Assembly (NCBI GenBank): GCA_050575255.1
Contig: JBNZDD010013686.1
Coordinates: forward strand, 2,609,155 to 2,673,154
Origin: Harriotta raleighana
Taxonomy: Eukaryota
DNA: 64,000 bases
Direction of reading: 5' to 3'
Both the position numbers and the translations under genes were made by a program. The notes beneath the pieces are model-generated. The model was not told where the DNA came from and ran no database searches. It saw only the letters and a list, made by a program, of their open reading frames with translations. This document shows, piece by piece, positions 55,301 through 64,000 of this stretch (position 1 is the first letter of the stretch; every line of letters begins with the position of its first letter).

Positions 55301-58300
55301 GCTCCAGATAGGTGCACATGGAGCAATGCATTGTGTAATAAAGACAATTGTCAGAGACAAGCCCTCATCTATTATTCTGTCATTGCATCTTTTTATCACA
55401 CGAGATAGCATGAATCCATTTAACCTAAACTAACAGGTTGTTTGTGCATGGAGATCCAGTGGGTAAGATAGTTGAATTTGCAGACTACATCAATTTGGAA
55501 CTGTGGAATCAGTGAAGGCAGCAGGGGTCCTACAAAGAGAATTTGCTAAGGTGTACACATGGGCTGATAACTGGCAAATTAAGTTTAATATTGATAAATG
55601 TAAGGTACTATATGCAGGGCTGGTGATAGATCCTGCTTCCAGGATACCCAAATCTCACATGTTCTGTTGCATGATCAGAAATTACTGGATTTTGGCCTCA
55701 TATCTGCTAGTAAATAAATGGAACTACTGTATTTATGATGGGCTTGGATTTGAGTTGGCTTTGAATCTTTATTTTTTATTCCTCGTTTTATTCCTCGTTT
55801 ACCAATTTTCCTGATGGCATCACTTGTCACTATAAATCACCTTTTAGATTGAAACAGATTCTTTGATAGTTACAAGGTGTGCTTCGCTTCATTTTCAGAA
55901 TTATTTGTAAAACATTTAAGGGTCTTACCCTTTTGAGGCATCCAGGTTATCTTCACCTTCAACACTTGAGGAGAACCAAGGTCTTTGACAAGCTTCATGC
56001 ATGACCTCAATCTGTGGGAAAGGGAAAAACAAAAATCTGAATGTGTACCATTTTCAGGGTAATTTCCCTCTCCTGTGGCCTATCGGCCCTGAAAACCTCT
56101 CCTGATGACACCAACAGTAATCCCCATAATGCATAAGAACAGCCTCAAATGATTATCTACCACCCACCACCCCTCCCCCACCACCCAACTTCCCACCCAT
56201 AGGAATGGCTTGGTATCCCACAATGAGTGCAACCACATTCTCTGAAGGAGAATCATAGCACAGCCACCACCCTACGTAATGATATTGTTGCTCCAAAATG
56301 TTATGCATCATCTCTCTATAAACTCATTCTTACTCTCTGCAGTTGCTCTGACAACCTCAGGATTCAATAGCAGTCATCATAGTAATGGAAATAATAATTA
56401 TTATTTTTTCTTCAATATTTTTGTAGATGGTGGACATTTCATTAAGTGCTTAGCAATCCCATTATAAGCACAATCGAAAAGCAATCACATTGCATTAAAC
56501 CTGCCTGTTACCTGAGAGTATACGGAACCATCAATGTAATGCACTAACTGGAAGTCAGGTGGAAATTTGCTGCATTTTTCAGACAATCACAAGTTTGTTT
56601 GTTTTTAATCTGTTTTGCCTTAGGAAGCTAGCATGTGGATGTTTATAGATCTATCATCAAGTTCACTCTATAATGGTGAACAAAGGTGTGTTTTATGGGT
56701 GTGCTGGATGCCATCCAATTTTTCATGCTGTAAGGAATAACAGATACCAAAACATTTTGCTAAAGTTCCTTAAATTATGATCTCATCATTACCTTTCGTG
56801 TGTTCTGGGTTTTTCTGACATGCTTCTTTCCATATAGAGATATATCAAAAGGGAACTTTGGACTGGGGTTGGTATCCACACCTTGAAAAAAAGAATCTCA
56901 ATTAAAAAGCAGTCTCTGGTACATAATTGTCCCCACTCCTACGCACGCAGTGCTTGGAGCTGAGGTTAGAGAATGTGCAATGAGGAATGTTCAAAATTAC
57001 TACAAAGTCCATCAAACCTAGAATTACAAAACATTTAATTGCCAAAATTAAAATAATATAATCATTAAAATAGCAACATTTTGTTTGAAAAAATAGTGTG
57101 TCTGTTTTGGATCTAAAAAAAATACTTTTCTTGTTATAAGCCCCAATTAGTTTTATGTTGTTTAGTGCTATATTCAGCTGCCCTACAACAGTGAAAAACT
57201 ATCTGTACCAGGAAGAAAAGTCATAAAAGACAATACCTGTATTGAGTCGGACTAAAAAAGCAAATGAATGAAGTCGGATAAGATGAAAAAAAGTGACTTT
57301 TTGAAAATTGGCAGATTGAGCTGATATTTTATTTCCTTGTTCTGGGCTGTTTTTGAACAAGCATCAGTGAAAAATGCCCACAATTATTCAATGCAGAATT
57401 AAATATTCTGGGGCTTCACATCTGGGTGAGTTCCCAGTACACTTTTAAAAAAAAACTGACAATCTGTTGCATCTGGGAGCGTACACACTGTACGTGCAAG
57501 TCTCTATTGCAATTCATTATTTCTCAGCCATTGTGCCTTTACCTTGCTTTGATGAGAACAAAGGAGACTTATACGGTAAAGGCGAGGTGTCTGGTCGTGG
57601 AGCGACAGGTTGCACTGGCCGGGCCTGTTTGGCAGCCAGTTTCTCTAGGCAGGTTTGACGCTTTTCAAACATTCCATGGACATGCTCAAGTTTCCCATGA
57701 ACCACCTCTATCTGAGCCTATATATATCGATAAAAGATAATGTGAATGAGAACAAGAAGTAACCAATTGACTTGACTTTGGAAGTCTATTGTATTGCATG
57801 ACTCGTGAATGTCTCACTCCACCAAACTGAATAAGGGAGAAGGATGAGGGATTGTTGAAACAATGGGATTTTTTTATTTCAAAGATCAAATAAACGTGAT
57901 TGATTATATTATTTGTGTGTACATATAATAACTAATACGAAAAGGACAGCAATATTTAAACAAAAATATAGATCAAAATCCCATTGTCACAAGCCAAAGG
58001 GAATGGCAAGTATTATTATGAAAATGTTATAATTGTAATTGTTAATGCATTAGGGTGTGTGGCTTCTTTGATTTTTTATGCTCTTTTTGGGTGACAGGCT
58101 AACCACGAAGGCAGGAAGGAAGGACATGATCTTTCTCTAGGCATGCACTGTTACCGCTGTGAAAGCATTTGCTGGGAGGTGGAGAAAAATATCCAGGGAG
58201 GTTTTGCTTTCCAGCTCTTCTTCATCTCCCTCCCTGTGGAGATGCTGATAAACTTCTCCTAGTGCCTCATTGTACCATCTGTCATCTCTGTAAATGCTTC

Positions 58301-61300
58301 CTTCATGCAGGAAACTGTTCAGTCGATGTAGATTTCATCCAAGTATATATTTAAAAAGGTTAATGTACCTCACATGACTACTGTACAATTATACAGAGTT
58401 TTCCTTTGTAGGTACATGAGTCTGATTTAGCAAGAGTCATTAGAGAGGGCTTCTTTCAACCCAATCTCAGTGTGACCATTTAGTGATGCAATAGAACTTT
58501 CAGTTTCAATGTACTATAAATGAAGCATGAATAAAGATTACATAAGTGCCAGCATTACAGCAGGAATAATTTTTTTTAAATTTCATTTCAAAGTGAAACG
58601 ACAGCAATTTTTTAAAACTTAAAATATATCTAGTAGGGAGAAAGATTATTGGAACACATAGATTGGTCACGAAATATGTCAACTGTGGAGGTGATAATGC
58701 CTGCATTCTTTAACAGTTCAGAAATAGTATCGTACTTCCCTATAACTATTAACAACAAGCCTTTCTACAAATACTATTCTTGAACTAATTATCACAAAAT
58801 TAATGTCACTCACTTTACAATCAGATTGACAGATTTTAACAGTTTATGTGGCATAATTTGTTCTGTACCTTAAGCCTAGATGTGAGAATAGACTGGAACT
58901 CAATGTACAATGCTTCAGCATCACGCTGCAGGTAATATGTGGAGTTTTCCAGGAATCTTTCAATTTCCTGTAGTGCTCTTTTCGCTCCTTCCTGCGACTG
59001 ACATTTGTCCATGGACTGAGAAGCGAGGAGATAGGCACCTTGATCACACCAGTCCAGTGCCTGTAATGCAATGTAACATTTTCTAATGATATACAGTATT
59101 AATCAATATAATACTATTCAGAAAATAAATCGTAATGAGCATATAATAATAATTCTTGCATTTGATATCAATTGTCTTCTAGATGTCTCAAAGCGCTTCA
59201 CAGAATATACTGTAAAGTGAATTGACTGTACAATTGTGAGTGAAATATTATGTTGGATTATTGTCACATGATAGCATTTATATCCATTTGTCTCACTAAT
59301 ACTGCAATTGTCAAGAATACGAGGAAATGATTTTGGTGACAGTTAACTTGGTTAATAAGTAAAGATTTTATCTGCTAATGTTTCCAACTGCCATTTATCA
59401 TTTCTGCCATCCAATATTAATATGGCTGAAGGTTGAAAAAGATTTATTTTCTGAATTGTATTAAATTTATTAATTTTGTTTGCTTCCTGAATCTTAGGTG
59501 TGTTGACCTACATTAAATCCAATAAATGTTACCCGTTAACAATAATGAAAGTTAATTGCACACAAAGGCTGAATAATAGGCATTTATTGTTACATTGTGC
59601 AGTGACACATCACATGTCCAGCACATAATACAGTACTTACTGTATATATTGACATTATGATCTAATTTGTAATATTCAGCTAATTGTGATGCCCAGTGGC
59701 CATCTAATTTAAAATATTCCCCAAACCGTAAATTGCAATTTCCAAAAGCCAGCAAAGTACAAAAAAAGAGGCTGGAGAGAAAAATGACCCAAGGACGTTT
59801 CACTCCCGAGTATTTTGCTCCTTGTCAAAATCACCCAATTTTCCAATATTGCAAATTAGAGCCCCATTATATTAGAAGTGACAGATATCCACAGGCTTAC
59901 TCAACGCCACAAAATAGCGCATTACAAATGAATAAGGCTGTTGATTTGTAAAGGCTTAAGCAAGCAATTCTTTTAGCTTTTTAGTTCCCTCTGGCAGAGT
60001 GTACGTGACTAGTTTCACCACCACACTGGAAAAATAAAGAAGTCCTCTATTATTGATGTGACTGAGGTCTGAGGTTACTTAGCAACACATGTCAGAAATG
60101 TGTATGCAACGTAATATGCAGCTCATGTGCCTATAAATTACCAGGTGTCATTCTGGAACACAAACAAACCTATTTGCAAAGCTCATTCTGCAGCTCAGAT
60201 GCATGCAGCTTTTTAAACAACTACAGTATTACCTGTGAATACTGGATTGAGATGGATTTTGATCAATTAAGACATAATCTTGTTTGGACCATGGTGAAGA
60301 GATGAACCACTCAAATTTCCATCAGCTCACCTGCTGTAACCGTGTGTGGAGTTCCAGGGATCTGTTAAGTGTGATGTATTTCCTCCTCATTTCATCACAC
60401 AAATCTTCACAACTATGGTGCAACTCATTGCACTTTTCCCAGATTAAATCCATTGCATAGTGGTGATTTGATATCAGGTGATCCCCTTGTAAAACCAGAT
60501 GTTGAGCATTTTCCACCAGTTCCTGGGGAGAAAAAATGCAAATATTGTATTTAAAAGATACAAATTGAAGAAGCACAAATAGGCCTAACGTGCATTATCC
60601 AACAATGACAGTAAATACATAAATCATATATAGGGAGGTAAAATGTTGAAGTTGTAGAATTTTTTTTTCATTTGCTGCATGCCCTCATTATGAATGTTTT
60701 CATAATAATTACATAATAATTCATAATTACTGCAATACTGTTGCAGTATTGATCTTAGACAGACTATGTGGCCTCTTCAATTGAATGTATGCCTCAACAT
60801 TAATACCTCAACCACAAAATTAGACTTGTATAGCGCCTTGGGACGTCTTCAAGAAAGCAGATTGACAGCACAGTAGGGAACTGTTGACATCCTCCTGTTA
60901 TAGGGCAATTTCTCCTTTTTCAAAAAAAATTGTATGTTACTTGGTTTTCTTGACAATGTGGATATGAGTGAACCTAAGTGATAACAACATGCGCATGAAG
61001 ACGTCCCAAGGCCTCAAACAGTTAGTTGGCTTTATATCAACCAATGTTTCTGCAATACTGATCTGACTTTGCTGTCACTTCCCCCACCACTCCCAACCGG
61101 ACCACACATCAATCTGTCTCAGATTGGAACATGGTCTAGATTTCCACCAGTGCACCTGCCATATTCAGCTCGCGTTCTTTCTGCTTAGCTTGGCAACAGG
61201 TGCTTGAGGAAGAGCACAGACAGCAGGCTTCAGGAAATGCGCATGTTGTTAGCACTTAGGTTCACTCATATCCACATTGTCAAGAAAGCCAAGTAACATA

Positions 61301-63261
61301 CAATTTTTTTTGAAAAAGGAGAAATTGCCCTATAACAGGAGGATGTCAACAGTTCCCTACTGTGCTGTCAATCTGCTTTCTTGAGCATTATACACTATTC
61401 TGTATTGTATTTTATTCTGGCTGAAACTTCCCATCTGCATGCACTTCCCATCACCTGTATGTAACAAAGCACACTACAGAATAGTGGTGGAAGTGCAGAC
61501 AGGAAGAAATATTTTAGGATCTTTGTACAGTTGCAAATGCTTACAGGCAGCATATTGTTTTTGTGTATGATACAATATTACGCAAGGCCATAAAGTGCTG
61601 GGTGTGAGGTTTTGTTAGGAGAAGGTGCTTATCAAACAGGAGAACCAATGGATGATGGACTTGATGAAGTATTTAATAATGTGTTTAGTTTCGTTAATAT
61701 GCTCAGAATAATTTGCATTTATATAGCATTATCTTTGATGAAAAATAAATGTCTCGAAGTGCTTTACAAGAAAAAAAAATCAGAACTGAAAGGGAATATT
61801 GTTATATAAGAAAATACATGGCTAATCTGCGGCAATAACATTGCGATGTATAACTAATTCGAATTTGAAGGTAAATTTAGATGGCGGAGAGAATAATCAT
61901 TGGAGAGGGAGATTAACCAATGGTTAATTCCAGGTTAACAATGGAGATGGAGGGAGCTATGAATTACACTTTTGAACATACAACAAATAATTGGTGGAAT
62001 GTTTAGTGACTGATATCACATTACCTGAGATCTCTCATCTAAGTTACTTAATTCACAAAGAGCTTGTTCTGTGTGAGCAACATTATCTCCAATTTCTGGT
62101 ACGTCTCCTTCCTCTGATGCTAAACAATCCGCAATCATCTTTATCTGCATGTAAAATCAAACACTGAACAAAATGTAGCAATACATGAAGTGGATCAGTA
62201 AAAATTATATTATTAGACAGCTCTATTTAAAACTGCTTCAACAGTATTCTTACAGAACCTGCAGTTGTTTTGAGACTTCCTCATCTCTGAGAAGGAATCT
62301 TGACTCTACACACTGATTTTTTGTAAAAAAAGGATTTAGCGATGAGTGTATTCATTACCTCTTGAAAAGCTTGTTCAAATCTCCAAAGCTGCAGGCACTG
62401 TTCAAGTTTAAGCAGATGCTTTTCCCAAAAGCCGTCAAAAGCAGTCTCCATCTCATGCAACTGTGCAAGAAGTCTACATTCAGGAACAGAAAGGTATTAA
62501 AAGGTCTGGGTAAAAAATTCTTTATCTTTTGTTCAGCCACACAAATTCCTGCTTTGATGCTATTGTAGAACATTGTTGCTCCATAATATTCAGAGCACAG
62601 ACGGCCATGTAAGGAACTGAGTGCAGGCAAAATAAATTTCACTCAATTTTACAATTCACAAGGTTACAGAATTATTGTAAATCCATGGGCAATTCTAAAA
62701 TAATTCTTATCAAAAGTCTTATTTTGACTTAAGATCTGCTGGCTTTCATAAATCTCCATCTGGGAAAGCATTGCTTTAACATGAAGTTTGTAACAATAAT
62801 GCTCAGGTGGATTTTTTAGATTCAACACCAGAAAATCGGAAAACAAAATAGCATAGAAGAAGCCATTGACTACAAAACGTTGCTAACTCATCTACTTATA
62901 TAATGTACTCCAATCCTAATTCCTGCTCTTTTTCAGAACCCTTTTATATTCCTGTAAAAATGTCACCCAAAATCCTTTGAGGAAAAGATCGTCCAACTCT
63001 TAAGCAGAAGGTGAAAGCCCATAGGGTTTCAAATGATGGATACTATATATTAATATTTATGTAACTAAAGAAAAATGTATCTATCCAGAACATAAATGTA
63101 CATAGATGTATCAAGCTGTCCTCTTGTGATGCACACCTTTTCACAGTGGCTCGATCGTCATTTTTTTCAACCCCATCTTGGGTATGAGGCTCATTACTGA
63201 GTGGCTCCATGAGGTTGGTTAAAAGCAATTCTCCCTCTTTTATCACTCTTCGAACATCTTC
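43306..63261 (-). CDS. MCF2: MCF2/Dbl Rho guanine-nucleotide exchange factor (spectrin, DH, PH, SH3), 5'-truncated by the window
   Basis: 22 phase-compatible GT-AG exons. DH motifs HVINELIETERVYVEEL and YLLKPIQRLTKYQLLLK. The segment ETAFDGFWEKH...LQLW resembles MCF2 more than MCF2L. Adjacent and convergent to F9. Confidence 0.88.
44469..44569 (-). CDS. MCF2: MCF2 SH3 exon 2 FMKNLNRGQQAWISVHNLQIIVG...
   Basis: AG/GT, completes the split Trp codon and second half of SH3. Confidence 0.85.
45024..45299 (+). mobile_element. tRNA-derived SINE copy, diverged
   Basis: Same family sequence. Confidence 0.75.
45897..46009 (-). CDS. MCF2: MCF2 SH3 exon 1 SPGKYKAQSD...KSGDLVQLVNEDGEGQ(W)
   Basis: AG/GT, similar to MCF2L VPGKY...SGDVVELVQEGDEGLW. 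Confidence 0.88.
47601..47695 (-). CDS. MCF2: MCF2 acidic exon WAGTSRFTEASEGNDDLSSNNDTEEEDVNQL
   Basis: AG/GT, resembles the MCF2L pre-SH3 acidic exon. Confidence 0.78.
48238..48533 (-). mobile_element. tRNA-derived SINE copy
   Basis: Reverse complement of the same family. Confidence 0.78.
48922..49028 (-). CDS. MCF2: MCF2 linker exon KQKRASLSSEENDSDLPSPVVLE...
   Basis: AG/GT, phases 2 to 1 fit. Confidence 0.75.
49282..49333 (-). CDS. MCF2: MCF2 linker exon DSPLHHQVSDQILLSP
   Basis: Strong AG/GTAAGT sites, phases 1 to 2 fit. Confidence 0.7.
49528..49905 (+). mobile_element. CR1 LINE 3' fragment (ORF2 C-terminus and 3' UTR)
   Basis: TRSHSLKI...RKHFFTQRVVNLWNSLP is typical of the CR1 ORF2 C-terminus. 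Confidence 0.85.
50184..50262 (-). CDS. MCF2: MCF2 PH end APTVDVKLAWLNEIRKVLTSQ
   Basis: AG/GT, PH terminal helix W..EIRK. Confidence 0.94.
50608..50700 (-). CDS. MCF2: MCF2 PH exon MSAVGITENVKGDIKKFEVWYSGREEVYLIQ
   Basis: AG/GT, VGITENVKGD motif. Confidence 0.95.
51299..51520 (-). CDS. MCF2: MCF2 PH exon GNLEDFGRVLMQGSF...APSYSFKHYLK
   Basis: AG/GT, PH domain. Confidence 0.95.
51790..51915 (-). CDS. MCF2: MCF2 exon ELLKFC...VNDSMHQIAITGYN
   Basis: AG/GT, end of DH domain. Confidence 0.94.
52911..53003 (-). CDS. MCF2: MCF2 DH exon ECQRKLDHKLGLDSYLLKPIQRLTKYQLLLK
   Basis: DH CR3 motif, AG/GT. Confidence 0.96.
54089..54181 (-). CDS. MCF2: MCF2 DH exon KANFQMYVKYCQNKPRSEALWRQCSDSFFFQ
   Basis: AG/GT, YCQNKPRSE motif. 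Confidence 0.95.
54282..54351 (-). CDS. MCF2: MCF2 DH exon MFLHDLQNCIETPEKVGLCFLAR
   Basis: AG/GT, phases fit. Confidence 0.92.
54524..54639 (-). CDS. MCF2: MCF2 DH exon GYRVEMDNP...LFGNMSEIHDFHS
   Basis: AG/GT, LFGNM motif. Confidence 0.95.
55167..55233 (-). CDS. MCF2: MCF2 exon, DH start HVINELIETERVYVEELHTILQ
   Basis: DH CR1 motif, AG/GT. Confidence 0.95.
55450..55620 (+). mobile_element. CR1 LINE reverse-transcriptase fragment
   Basis: WADNWQIKFNIDKCKVL motif; degenerate. Confidence 0.75.
55929..56011 (-). CDS. MCF2: MCF2 exon IEVMHEACQR...EDNLDASK
   Basis: AG/GT, phases fit. Confidence 0.83.
56793..56881 (-). CDS. MCF2: MCF2 exon VDTNPSPKFPFDISLYGKKHVRKTQNTRK
   Basis: AG/GT, phases 1 to 0 fit neighbouring exons. 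Confidence 0.8.
57543..57717 (-). CDS. MCF2: MCF2 exon AQIEVVHGK...RPVQPVAPRP...
   Basis: AG/GT, conserved RPVQPVAPRP. Confidence 0.92.
58869..59060 (-). CDS. MCF2: MCF2 exon ALDWCDQGAYLLASQSMDKCQSQEGA...
   Basis: AG/GT, conserved WCDxGxYLLASQ. Confidence 0.93.
60331..60522 (-). CDS. MCF2: MCF2 exon ELVENAQ...HYAMDLI...SLELHTRLQQ
   Basis: AG/GT, spectrin repeat. Confidence 0.92.
60849..61384. repeat. Long inverted repeat, 148-bp arms (60849-60996 / 61237-61384)
   Basis: Arms are reverse complements with about 2 mismatches; 240-bp spacer. Confidence 0.9.
62025..62144 (-). CDS. MCF2: MCF2 exon IKMIADCL...EIGDNVAHTEQ...DERSQ
   Basis: AG/GT, 120 nt in frame. Confidence 0.87.
62359..62473 (-). 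CDS. MCF2: MCF2 exon LLAQLHEMETAFDGFWEKH...FEQAFQE
   Basis: AG/GT, conserved spectrin-repeat start. Confidence 0.93.
63137..63261 (-). CDS. MCF2: MCF2 exon EDVRRVIKEGELLLTNL...DRATVK
   Basis: AG/GT on minus strand. Confidence 0.85.
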
Positions 63262-64000
63262 CTATTTGAAAGGAAAACAACTGAACATATAAGTTGACAA
63301 TTGAATAATGCCATCCAAAATCTGCTTCCATTTATGGTCTGACATTAAACAGAAATGAATAGCACTTAGTAGATCTCTACGTAGATGTTTAGTTGTGCAT
63401 GATAGAGTTCATTCCATCCAGAATGATTGGAGCGAGAAATATAAATCCAACTCCTACCTCTGAATCTCTTCACTGTGGCAGAAGTAAAACCCTGGCAACT
63501 ATGTTTAATTTAGTAAGTGATCTGCATTTTTAACCCACATTTCTATCATCAATATTTTTGCCACCAATCCACAACTATGTGGGACGCAGCTGTGCACAAT
63601 TGGTTGCTGCATTGTGCCCACAAAAAATGCAGTCAGTTCACTTCAGAATAGATTCTATGAAGTATTTAGACATCTCGGAGACAAAGTAAGACACAATATG
63701 AAATGCTTTTAGACATCTTGGAGACAAGATAAGACACAATATGAAATGCAAGAATTATTAACAATACTAATTGTGATTTTTTTTTTGCCCTGGAATTTCT
63801 ACCCCCAAAATGTCTCCATTATTCCTTTGATTAGATGCACTAGAAGAATTGATTCTGCTGTATTTGTCACGTAAACACTGTAGCATCGTGTTGAAATTAC
63901 CTTGAGTTGATTGTATTTTTCGGTTCGAGCAATAAGTAGATCCTCTACAGAATGTAAATCATCAGGCAACTCAGCTTCAGCCAGGTCTGTACCAAAAGAC

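Overview
AT-rich, intron-containing vertebrate genomic DNA. The repeat content suggests a cartilaginous fish, possibly a holocephalan such as Callorhinchus (inference only). Three spliced genes were reconstructed by hand from GT-AG exon boundaries. (1) A tripeptidyl-peptidase II (TPP2)-like gene on +, with 26 coding exons at 1163-27470; the 5' exons lie upstream of the window. (2) A complete 8-exon vitamin K-dependent coagulation protease on + at 30645-37913, best called factor IX. (3) The 3' part of MCF2/Dbl RhoGEF on -, running from 63261 down to about 43306 (spectrin-DH-PH-SH3), tail-to-tail with F9. The main observation is that an intact but divergent TPP2-like gene sits in the F9-MCF2 block, whereas human TPP2 lies in the paralogous FGF14...MCF2L-F7-F10 block. 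This makes it a candidate retained whole-genome-duplication paralog of a normally single-copy peptidase. Other points: an F9 with F7/F10-like residues and a repeat-expanded activation peptide, minimal hammerhead-ribozyme motifs in Penelope-like repeats, a solo LTR, TA-targeting MITEs (one inside a splice donor), a 148-bp intronic inverted repeat, tRNA-SINEs, CR1/L2 fragments and several N-gap assembly artefacts. Comparisons with human proteins are from memory, not database searches.
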